A DNA stretch of 63,594 bases, filler included, from Klebsormidium nitens (Eukaryota; Plantae; Klebsormidiophyceae): the NCBI GenBank assembly GCA_000708835.1. It is 6 parts of 6 records of this genome, joined end to end, with 100 filler letters (N's around TTAATTAATTAA, not from the genome) between each part and the next. Parts side by side here need not be neighbours in the genome. Positions count along the whole stretch, not along the records: positions 1 to 16,085 come from DF237101.1; positions 16,186 to 29,245 come from DF238077.1; 4 more parts are not named here. The stretch is one strand, 5' to 3'. Numbering within the stretch: position 1 is the stretch's first letter; the number at the start of each line of letters is the position of its first letter. Position numbers and translations under genes: made by a program. Below are positions 11,088 through 21,521 of this stretch, piece by piece. The notes below the pieces were generated by a model. It ran no database searches. It saw only the letters and a program-made list of their open reading frames with translations, and had not been told where the DNA came from.

Positions 11088-13539
11088 GTAATCAATGATC
11101 GATCATCATTCAAGACTTCAAAGAGACAGCAACAGACGGCAGAAGCTCACCTCTGGAAGTTTCAGCATGGGCGTGGCGACGATTGCCAAGAGGATTGCGA
11201 GCCCGAAGATGGCTCTCTTGGACAAGAAGCTCCTCTGCATAACATAGATCCAGATCAGATTGAGAAAGAGAATATAGGCCTTAGAGCAAGCAAGGCAGCA
11301 TATTACTGTCAATCTGCATGCAAAGAGATGCAGACATTCTCTAAGAGCAAGCAAGGCAGCATATTACTATCAACCTGCATGCAAAGAGATGTAAAGAAAC
11401 ATACGGTCAATCTTTCCCTCCAGACTGTAGGAGCAGTTTCTCACGGAGTGTCCTCCCTAGAGAAGAAATCCCGTTCGTGCTTAGAGAGGAGGATGTGAAG
11501 GTCACAGACTACAACAAGCGTGGTGTTCTCTGGGATAAGCAGTGCTGCTAGGTAATCATGAATCCCATCGGTGTCGCACGTGTCTGCCCCTCGGGTCACA
11601 TAGTCGCGGTGCGCCTATGAAGGAGACAATTGCAGAGCTTAGATCTACACAACTCAGCAGCGCAGATGGCAGCGTTGAAGCGACTTTCAGATGTTCATCC
11701 TGCTCATTGAACTACAAATTCCTGGAAAGTTCATCCATCTTGCTTACATCTGAGCTGCTGCAGACATGCCTACCTTCATGCAAGACGAAGCGAGTGCTTC
11801 TGGGGGTACTCCAAGGAAGGCGGCAGCATCATGAAGAAGCCCCGCCACTTCTGAGTTGCGCAAAGAATCAACGACCTGGGGGTTTGGATCAATGTGTCAA
11901 CCACCACATAGCAGATGGGTGACATAGTTCTCAAACAAGTGGATACATACCAATGTTTTCAGCCCTTGCAGCATGATGGTGTCCAATCTACACCTCCCAT
12001 TCTGATTCTTACCTGCAGCTTCTGTTCCTGAATCTTTGTCAGCTCCTCATCCCAGAAGGACTCTGCCTGAGGGGAAAAGCACAAACATGAAGGTGTCAGT
12101 TATCTCAAGCTGATCCGCCACTTGCAACATGAGGCTTGCATAGCTTGCCAGTGTCAGTATCCCTAGATAGATCAACTCTGAATCCTAAACGCTACACTTC
12201 TGAGGTCGACCATCCTCGCAGGATTTAGCTGACCACTTTGTCACGAGGTGCAATGAACTCACTTGAGAGCTGGGTCCCGATGTGCTGCAGCAGGTCACAG
12301 GTCTCTTCTGCGCTTCGCTCGTACTCCTCTCTTAAGAGTAACTGCACACGGGATTGTTGCAACCTGATCAAACCTCACCAGCGCTTTCTTCAGCAATACC
12401 TTGACAAGCATCAACGGGCACTCAACTCAGGAAAACGCAAGGCATCGAGACTCGTCTGTCAACCACCTCCCCAACAAAAAGGCGCCTTGTAAGTTGGAAA
12501 AAGGCTCCTGAATGGATACTCTTCGAGCAGAGGAAAAGAAACTGCTTCTCCAATTTGCCAGCATTAGCGGGGTTCCATACGTCTGAGTAGCGATGTGAGG
12601 TTTGGCCGTTCCGCCGCCTGTCACCGATGTCCTGGGGAAGAGTGGAGGACTCTGAGACATTCCTGCTCTTGACTTCAAAGAACCTCTCCTGCAAAAGGCT
12701 GCTCCAGAATTTGTGCTCTTGCCAAAGAGGCATGACCTAGAAGCCATCTTCTCGAGTGTCCAGCGCTGATCTACAGGTTGGTGTGTTCTACCGTCTGTTC
12801 CTCTCTACCAGCAGACTACAATTCTGCGGGAGGAAAGGATGTGAGTTTGGGGTCTGCTATTGCCATTTCAGCTTGTGCCTTCCCGTCTGGCATGCACAGG
12901 CGGCCATTGAGGAACGGAGGCCTAAGCTGGACGATGCTACAAATCAGATACTAATACTACTCTCAATTCTAAGCATCTGTCTGTCTTGCGACCTAGAGAG
13001 ACCTGGTTGATGATAAGGAATGCTTCTCCCAAGACAGAAGGTCTGAGGAATGCTGGACAATCTCCTCTGCAGCAATAACTCAAAGGAGGCCTCCCCTTTC
13101 CTCAAGTGTCATCACGTTCAGCAGGGTAGAAGCAAGCAGCTAGAGCAGAGGCAAAGGCTACATCAAACTTCAAAGCGCACACCGTCGTCGGTCAGCAAGC
13201 CAAGGGGAGTTCGGCACAAACTTCTGGCCGATTACGGGGGGACATGTCAGCCCCCCCACTGGCCCAAATGGTTGCATTTAGACCGATCGGTCGAAAGGCG
13301 GTCGACACGCCGGGGCTCTAGCCAATGACGGGTCTGTCATCTCCCGACCTCAGGAGATCCGACCTATGCCATCCCGGTGAATAGCAGATGCCATTTCTCC
13401 CCTACACGTTCCTGCGATGCCATATAATATCCTAGGTAGTCTGCCGGGAGTCTGCCTGATATAGAGGTTTGAGACCTCGCGGTGAGATTGCCAATTTTCA
13501 CCTGACCAGTTGGACCAACACCAATTTACGTCGATATTG

Positions 13540-13794
13540 GGCGGCGAGACAGGCCCGCGCTCTGATGACGTCAGCAATGAGCGACCGCAGAAAGTTGGTG
13601 CCAGACCTTGGACACTTGGACATGGCGGCGAGACAGGCCCGCGCCCTGATGACGTCACCAATGAGCGACCGCAAATATCTTCTGGAGTTTCCATTTGATG
13701 ATGTTATCAACAAATGTGTTAGATCGAAAGTTTTGCTTGACGTCAGCAAATAGCGACCGCAAAAAGTTGGTGCCAGACCTTGGACACTTGGACA
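13540..13794 (-). repeat. Tandem ~84-bp units of the TGACGTCA/TGTCCAA family, reverse orientation
   Basis: TGACGTCA at 13566, 13650 and 13738; CCTTGGACACTTGGACA motifs. Confidence 0.9.
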
Positions 13795-13935
13795 ATTTCT
13801 GCACTCAACCAGGCACCGGCACATGCGACGAGAAAGATCGCTTGCAAGCATGCGTTGATGCACGGTCGATACACGGTCGATATCAATGCATGTAGCCACG
13901 GTCACAAGGCTATGTTCGCAGTGGCTCGAGCGTCT

Positions 13936-15210
13936 CTAGTTTGTATCTTGCGATACGTATCGCATGTGCGCCTTGGAGTTCTTAAACCTGCGCTCAAGAT
14001 GCTCCTCAATCCATCTCGTTCGGGATTCTTCTAGCTCTCGATTTGCGCGCTCTAGTCCCGCTTTGTATCCTTCAAACCCCTGAAGATATTTGCGGTACTC
14101 ATTGATGAATGCGCATTCTTCATTCATCCATGCCCTCCACGGCATGCCGCCAGACTTTTTGGCGATGAGGCCGGGTTTAAACCGCCTGTCGTTCAAAGGG
14201 CCAAAGAGCTCCGTAGCGTAGTGAGCCATTGTCTCATCTCGGTTTAAGCCGCCAACCGTGGAGCACGGAAAATGCTCGACGAATCGTTGGAGGGTCTTTG
14301 CTCTCGCCTCCTAGTGCAGAAAAGAAAATGATGATGCTGCAGTCGGGATGCGAGATACGTGCATCCTTGACTTGGCAACCAAAAAGATTGCCAGATGTAT
14401 GCATATTAATGAAAGTGTGCACGCCGTTGGTGAATGGAACGTCGCTGCTTATCTGCTCGGCCCCTTGCTGTGCACAATTGATGCTGCAGTCAATGAGAAT
14501 GGATGTACACGGATCGTTTTCCAATTTTCCAAAAAATTGAGTGATGCACAATAATTACTAGAAATGTACACGAATCTCTGTCCAATCTGTCCAAAATATT
14601 GAGTGGTGTACATCAATTACTAGAGAAGTATACGAATCTCTGTCCAATCTGTCCAAAATACTGAATGATGTACATCAATCAACAAACATGTACACGAATT
14701 TCTGTCCAAAGAGGAACATTGTTATGCCTATACAAAAATCGGTTGACTTGATGCTAGTATCACCCTCCGTTGCTAGGTATGACTTGCCCGTACCTCGACC
14801 TTGTCAGGGTGGAAGTGCAGCGACCGAGTCTTGTGGTGTAATACAATCTCGCCGCGATCGAACATCTCTCAAGCTTTGCTCGGAAGAAGCTCGGCATCCG
14901 CGATGAGCCACGACAGGGGCGATCGCACGTACTCTGGTGCCTTTGGCGTGGGTGGAGCGGAGAGGGCGTTGCGAGCCATGATGCGGTACCTCGCCATATG
15001 CCATGACCTAAAGACAGCGCGTTCTCCATCAAGAGTGCGTCGATACTTCGAAACCGCAGCGGTGTTACTCCGGCGCTTCAGCTGACGAGAAGCTTTCGGC
15101 TCCAAGCCGCGATATTTCGAGGGCGCACGATCGCTCGGAAACTTATAAGGCTCGCACCCCGGCTCGCACCCCATCCTCTTTGGATGACCTTCCAAGGCTT
15201 GCTTCGACAT
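13936..15210 (-). CDS. Predicted two-exon ~218-aa protein with a bZIP-like basic region and C-terminal coiled coil
   Basis: Exon 15210-14929 (ATG; donor GTGCGA, phase 0) joins exon 14310-13936 (acceptor TTTTCTTTTCTGCACTAG) in frame. Contains KRRSNTAAVSKYRR (N-x7-R). No internal stops. Confidence 0.6.
14563..14710 (+). repeat. ~62-bp tandem repeat (about 2.5 units) inside the predicted intron
   Basis: (A)TGTACACGAATCTCTGTCCAATCTGTCCAAAATA... repeated. Confidence 0.8.
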
Positions 15211-15899
15211 GAAGTTCTTGCCGCAAATCTCAGATCCATCTTCACAGTGCCGTTCAAGGCAAATGAAGCGTCCTCCGTCCCGCTTCCAAAGCTGTTACGA
15301 AGCCGTGATTGTTGATGCTGCGGCAACATGCGGTGGACTAACGGCATACATGATGAACGTTCAAATCGAGAATGATCGTAAAGAGGGTGCTCGACGAGCT
15401 CCAAACCGACTCAGCAGCAGTGACGTTCCTACATTAAACAACAAGGGCGCCTTTAAATAGATGACGTTCATGGAATGCAATTGTAAGTCTAGATCAAGAG
15501 AACAATAGGGTGATGCATGATTGCAGACTCCTCCATTGCTTTATAAAGCTCCACGGCCACGACGGCCTCTGCCTTGGGTTGATGAAATGAAACATTGTTT
15601 GGCAACTCCACATGCTTGCGATGGGATCGAGAACTCTGCTAGTCAATGGCATCTTGTCCACGAAAGGGACCGTCCGGATGGCGTGCCGCCATCTGCGATC
15701 TGCGATTGAAAATGCATACTATGATGCATATCATATGCGCATGAAAGTAAAGCGGCCAACAGCCCTGCCAGATCGGTCCAGATAAAAAGCGGACGCATTA
15801 CGACATGGTACATGATATGCTTTGGTTTGACTTTAAGAAGGAGACGAGACGATATGTCGATCTGTTCCTCGATTTCCCAAGCCGTCACGATTCACCCTG

Positions 15900-16085
15900 C
15901 GTCCAGATGTCCAAGGTTTGTGATCAACTTTTCGTGGTCGTCCATCGCTGACGTCATCAATGCCTGAGCCTCTCTCGGCGTGTCCAAGTGTCCAAGGTAC
16001 GTGATCAACTTTTTGTGGTCGTCCATCGCTGACGTCATCGATGCGTGGGCCGCTCTCGGCGTGTCCAAGTGTCCAAGGTCCGTGA
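15900..16085 (+). repeat. Well-conserved 81-bp tandem units of the TGACGTCA family running into the contig end
   Basis: TGACGTCA at 15949 and 16030 (period 81); third unit cut by the gap. Confidence 0.9.
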
Positions 16086-16185
16086 NNNNNNNNNNNNNNN
16101 NNNNNNNNNNNNNNNNNNNNNNNNNNNNNTTAATTAATTAANNNNNNNNNNNNNNNNNNNNNNNNNNNNNNNNNNNNNNNNNNNN
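16086..16185. other. Artificial contig linker (N...TTAATTAATTAA...N); same at 29246-29345, 34894-34993, 52442-52541, 61522-61621
   Basis: Identical 100-nt layout five times; TTAATTAATTAA gives stops in all six frames. 41828-41847 is instead a plain 20-N gap. Confidence 0.97.
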
Positions 16186-16194
16186 TGGGCTGTT

Positions 16195-16414
16195 GTGCGA
16201 AGTCCTGAAAAGTTGCGAGTTCTATATCTTGCTTCTGTTGCTGACAAAGTGTCTGCTGAAGCAGGTTTGCTGACAAGCAAGATTCTCGCAGCTTCACGAA
16301 AGGGCTCAGCTAAGTTGCCACGTATGATGTTTTCCGGAAAGGCAGCTGCTCAGAAGGCCAACATCTTGTTTGATTCTGGAGCGTCAGTGAACTTCGTTTC
16401 TGCCAAATGTTGCT
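16195..16414 (+). mobile_element. pol: Host Ty3/Gypsy aspartic protease, 5' half
   Basis: ANILFDSGASVNFVSAK retropepsin D-S-G motif; continues after 29044. Confidence 0.85.
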
Positions 16415-16536
16415 TCAAATCCTCTAACTTTCTTTTCTTTGGCGACCAATTCATCAGCTCTTCGTTCAAGGGCAACTTCAACTTTCTGAGAGGTCATTGA
16501 TACTTCGTCCAAATTCTGGTCATTGGGGCCCATCAT
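16411..16536 (-). pseudogene. gag: Displaced gag N-terminus
   Basis: MMGPNDQNLDEVSMTSQKVEVALERRADELVAKEKKVRGFEA joins in frame to RMEVLLVKEKELEMLKDG at 29043. Confidence 0.65.
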
Positions 16537-16643
16537 ATTGGCAGACTGGCAGCGACCAACCACACTCCCAACAAAAAGGGTATTGTATAGGGGCACAAAA
16601 TGGGGCTAAAGGGGCGCAAAAAACTGATATTTGGTATGCCACT

Positions 16644-18585
16644 TGTCTCACTACTAGAGCCCTTACGCACTTCGACACCTGGACGATTTACCCAAAGTTA
16701 GACCCTAAGCAAAAAACCACCATTGAAAGCGAAAACACCCAGAATCAAGGAAAACGTGTCTGCTTGCGTCACTGCCTGGTCAAGTTGAACTTGGCAACCC
16801 TATTCCAGCAACCAATCAAGCTGAACTGTGCAGCGCTATTTCGGTTCAATGTTTACATCACACAAGCAGCCTTTCCCTCATGCAACTTCAGCTAGGTTTT
16901 ACTTTCAGAAACGGTCACTCTGAGGTCAACACACCTGGCGGTCTCAATTGACCCGATGCCCCTGGATGAACTCGGCCGCAGCGTAGTCGAAGGCAAGGGG
17001 AGGTCCCTAAACACTTTCCACAGTTGAAGATCGGAACGCCTGGAACGCCTGCAACGCCCTTCAAAACGCCTGGAACGCCCTTGGAACGCCGGGAACGCCT
17101 GGAACGCCTTGCTGAGCTGTGCAGTCTGCTTGAAAGCGGCTCTCACCCGCTGATCGATGAGGTGGACTTGTGTGAGGACAAGGCCAGGCAAGGTGTTCTG
17201 TCCGGGCGACGGAACCAAAACGAAGCCCCCCACAAAAAGAGGCTTCGGAGCTAGAGTAGCGCTATGATGCGGAATGAAGGCAGACAAGAAAACGGCTCAT
17301 GTGCAGAGAATGAAGGAGAAGCGACGGCTTGCAGAAAAGTAAGACCCGATCCTTGAATGAATCGAGAATCAGACTCAATTGCAAGCGCTCGTGTTCGAGT
17401 GACTGTACAATGGAAACTTGAGAATGAGGGTCAAGTCTTCGTGTTCACTGCTTCTACTGTATTCTGCTAAGCGTTCTTTACAGTCTGCTAAGTTCCTCTA
17501 AGTCTAGCGTTACTGTCTTCCCTATTTCAATCCTGTATTGCTAAGGTCTTCGCTTCGAAAGCGCGTGATGAAACTTCGGTGAGTCCCGGTCTCGCAACCT
17601 GGCGCTCCTTCAGCTCGTCTCCCGTTGTCCGCCTTGGTTCGAGTCTTCGTGACGTCTCCAAGTGTCACCTTATTGTCAACCTGTACATACTTTCAAAGGA
17701 CACACAAGTGCTCTTCGAGCACTTCGTAAGAAACAAAACGACGGGCTGTACTTCAAAGTATAGCCGAAACGAAGTCTAATCTGCATGATACAAATGACGA
17801 AGTCACAACAAACCAGAAACAAGCGGCCGTCATGCATTCAAGAGCAAAATAACGTCACTAAACCCAAACCGGAAGCATTCAATCTGTACAAAGATACAAG
17901 ATATACACGGTAAGTGACGAACGTCGTAAAGCCTTCAAAAACGGACGAACTTTCTGCCATGACGAAGCAAGACCCGCTCATGCATGTCGAAAACACAAGT
18001 CTTCAATCAGACCCTTGCTCGACTCTTCGTTAAAACCCTTAAAACCTGAATCCTTCGCAAATCTCCTCGACTTTCCGTTCACGGCTTTTTCACAATTCCG
18101 ATCTAGTTTCCAGGTAGTGAATCTTTTCCGGGTAGCTACTTTTCTAAGCCACAACTGTCGATTCCTCCCCTGAGCAAAAGAAGATCGCGGCCTCGCGATC
18201 ACTTGCGCAGCGCATTTCAAGGTCGAAAAGAAAGGCAAACCGATCTTTAACCCAGATCACGGTCAGAACTTGAAGCGATGAAGCCAGCTGAAATCTTTCA
18301 AGGTCTCTGAACAAAGACGAAACCGACTTCGAAATTCTCAAGAACGCAGTCCAAGAGGCCACACTTTCGACCCGCAAACCCCGACATTCAGTACTTTCCG
18401 ACCGCAGCCAGTCTTCCGACCATCCACTTTTTCTTTCAACAAGCCCGAACGCCCCGTTCTAGGAAGTTAAGATTCCTTCACCAACTTGCGCTTGTCCCTG
18501 ATCACAAATAATCTCAACAAGCAGCTTTTGATAGTGCTGACTGGTCCCAAACCCTTATTTTGGTTACCAGAAACGGGGGCTTACA
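16644..18585 (-). repeat. Putative single LTR (~1.9 kb)
   Basis: On the minus strand it begins TGTAAGCC after a purine-rich stretch and ends GAGACA, followed after 2 nt by TGGCATACC (PBS-like) and then the gag start. No second copy, so boundaries are unconfirmed. Confidence 0.4.
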
Positions 18586-19147
18586 CCTTTTCGAGCCTTG
18601 TAAAGTTCATTTGCCCTTGATCTTTCACCTTGACTGCGGCCGTTTTCCTGGTCCTTTTTCCTTGAACGGTCCCTAGTGCCCCTCTCAGACGTACATTCAA
18701 GAAAGAATCAAGTCAAAGACGCCTCAGCCAGTTTCCAATCACAAAGCAGCTCAGTTTCACTTCTTATCTGACATACGGGAAGATCCGCTCACCAAACCTC
18801 CAAGTTGACTGTGCTTCACAAGTTTGCTTAGAGAGAACGACTTCCATTAGCTTGAGAAAAGAACTCCATCAAAGATCAAAACCGCTTGTCACATCGGGAC
18901 TGTATGTACAAACTATTTACAAGTTTTGATTTGTTTTTCACCCTTTTTACACGGACAGTCGAGTGTGCCGCCGAGCTTCAAACATCATTCCCTGGTACCG
19001 ATTCTGAGGCACGTAGTCGACTGAGACACCAAGCGCACCAGTGGGATTCTTGTTGTCCAGCCGAAGAACCAAAGTCTGACTGTGGGAAGCATCAATCAGG
19101 TGAAGCTCGTGAGACCATTCCGCCTTCTTCTCTTCTTCTCGGCCAGA

Positions 19148-20398
19148 TCAAACGGTGGAATGAAGCGGGCAAAGTTGCCACCGATAGGACTGCTGCAGTT
19201 TGCCGATCGACACGTACTCACTGCTGGTGTAACTGAGATTGTTCATCGTCGTCTGAGCAGAAAAATAATCACCCAAGAAACTTGAAGCCGAAGGTCGCGG
19301 AATGGGATTCATCTGAGGTATGACCGGACTGACCTGAGAGACCCGAGAAGGTGGCTGAAAGCAGGCGTTCACAAATCCAGGCTGAACCGGAGTCGTAAGT
19401 CTAGTCCCAGTGTTAACAAAGCTCGTGTAAGCAGGTCGGACAGTCACGGGGTTGACGCTCACCTGGTCGTGCATTAGCACATCGGTAGACATGGTCGGCA
19501 TGGGTTGTACCAGCTGGTTCGTCTGATTGTGTGGCATAAAGTCTCCGTCCAGGTCCATCGGCGAAGGGGCCGGTCCGCTCCGGACAGGTGTCAGCAGGGG
19601 AATGACCGCCGGCGGGGACCTGCACGAAATGAGAGGGGACCCCCGGGCGACCGGTGCAGAGACCTGCATCTGACGCGGCGTTGCATTGCACTCCACAAAA
19701 GGCTGAATCATTGATTGACTGACCGGCTGCCTACTAAGAATCTCAGCATACAGGGCAAACGGGATGAACCGAACTGGCAAAGCAATCTGACGCCGGAACA
19801 CTCCCTCCATCCGAGACCACCAGTATGTTAGGCAATTTCTGTAGACACCCTTCGGAAAGTCCGGCTCAATGGTGTACAACCAGTTCTCGAAAGACCCAAG
19901 CTCGTGGACGTATCCTGTGACTATTGTCTCAAGGGAGTGCCTTCTCATATCAACTGTGGCATCCAAAGCGAGACTCTCCAAAGAAGTCAAAATTCTGCCC
20001 AACCGTGCATCTCCCTTCTTCATCTCCTGGTAGAAATGACACCCGAAGAGCTGCAAAAACCAAGTGTGCACGACTTCCCGAATCTTGATTCTGGCAGTGG
20101 TGAGCTGAGGGTTATCGCGCTGATCCAGAGCCGTGATGAGAAGAGCAGCCGCATACTGAGGGCGAAGGTATCCAATGTGAATGATCCGAATGTACTCCAA
20201 CCCTCTAACAGCGTACAAAGGGTCTTCCTCATACGTAAGGAACTGAGTATCTGGAACAGTGGGTGCAAAGGACTTGCCTGCCAAAAGCTTGCCAAGGGGC
20301 GGTTGGGCTGACGGCGCTCTTCCATGAGGAGTTCTAAAGTTGCCGTTGATGGTCCCTGTAGATTGGATGGTGATGCAAAAATCTGATTGATGCAGCAT
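19148..20398 (-). CDS. Intact 416-aa orphan ORF in the env position of the Gypsy element
   Basis: ATG at 20398; helical N-terminal half, Pro/Ser/Gln-rich tail; same strand as pol; no family recognised. Confidence 0.7.
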   Translation of the reverse strand: MLHQSDFCITIQSTGTINGNFRTPHGRAPSAQPPLGKLLAGKSFAPTVPDTQFLTYEEDPLYAVRGLEYIRIIHIGYLRPQYAAALLITALDQRDNPQLTTARIKIREVVHTWFLQLFGCHFYQEMKKGDARLGRILTSLESLALDATVDMRRHSLETIVTGYVHELGSFENWLYTIEPDFPKGVYRNCLTYWWSRMEGVFRRQIALPVRFIPFALYAEILSRQPVSQSMIQPFVECNATPRQMQVSAPVARGSPLISCRSPPAVIPLLTPVRSGPAPSPMDLDGDFMPHNQTNQLVQPMPTMSTDVLMHDQVSVNPVTVRPAYTSFVNTGTRLTTPVQPGFVNACFQPPSRVSQVSPVIPQMNPIPRPSASSFLGDYFSAQTTMNNLSYTSSEYVSIGKLQQSYRWQLCPLHSTV

Positions 20399-20444
20399 CA
20401 GGTCGCTGAAATGGCAGATTGTATTGAAAGGGATGGTAATTATC

Positions 20445-21521
20445 TCAAAGAAAAAACCAACTGTCAGTTACCCAATATCCGTCGTTTCCTATTTTACAGA
20501 ATACTAACATAAGCGGGGGCCGCCCACTATCGTACCTATAGAGACAAAGATTGTGCCTTCTACGGATCTCAGCAAGAGTTTGCTTCGTTTCTTCATGTAG
20601 TTGACCGTTTTCGCTGCTTTCTAGAATCTCGTTTACAGCCCGACGAAAATATCTGTTGGTCTTTCGAAGGGCATCTAAGCTTGGGTATGAACCGACTCTG
20701 ATCATATAATCCTCGCAGGGCCGTTCCCAGCGTCCTAGCTCTGGTGACCATTGGGCATCTGAGTTTTTTGGTACGAGATCTAAAACGACCTTGGGCTGTT
20801 CAATAGTATGGTTGGCCTTCAAGAAGATGTCCTTCAATATCTCGGGGGGCAAATCTTGCAGGTTGGTCTGGGAGAGTAATGGTGAAGAAGTCAATCCTGA
20901 AGGAAAGCAAGAGTAAAACTGAGATTCGTGGCCCACGATGAAAAGCTATGTATCTGAATCCGGATTATTCCAATTCAACCAATTTTCCTCGATCCACTTT
21001 TCGAAATAGCTCAATTTGTTTACGTCAAGACATCCTATGTATCTTCGTACGTCTCTCTGATCAGTACTTTGGAAATTGAACGGCTGAGATAACCTGAACT
21101 TTAAGCAAGCAAAATCGTCTTTCTTTCGATCTTTCATGATTTGCCGGACCTTTTGGTAAGAGAGACCGCCAAGCCACTCATTGTTGATATCTGAAACGAT
21201 CTCATAGAACTGCTTACAACAACTTCCAATTGCTTCAAATACGGGGTGAGGCCAAATCGAAGCGTCTTCTTCCTCCCAGCACGGAACATATTTGATCGGG
21301 TCGCCATTTTCACTTTTGAGCCCACACTTATGCTTCCACCATCTTCTACTTCGCTTTCTAGTCACAATCTGAAATTTTGACCTCAAAACAGGGCTCGGCA
21401 AGTCTTCTAACTTGGTTTCTCTAGCGTTTACTTCCTGGGCTGATGACAAAACGTCTCCGGGTCCTGTGAAATCAAACGGAAAACGACTCAGAAACGGAAT
21501 AAAAGGAAGGAAAATTTTCAC
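20445..21521 (-). pseudogene. Tandem F-box-like ORF downstream of integrase, one in-frame TAG
   Basis: ORFs 20946-21521 and 20445-20936 share one frame separated only by TAG 20946-20948. Each has an F-box-like start and end: LEDLPSPVLRSKF...FEAIGSCCKQFYEIV and LQDLPPEILKDIFLKA...LDALRKTNRYFRRAV. Confidence 0.6.

Noticed and set aside
15900-16085. Regularly spaced repeats as a CRISPR array (also 25200-25660)
   Set aside because: Whole units repeat with no unique spacers; no cas genes; eukaryotic context.
16625-16641. Assigning the PBS-like TGGCATACC to a specific tRNA
   Set aside because: I cannot match it to a known tRNA 3' end by eye.
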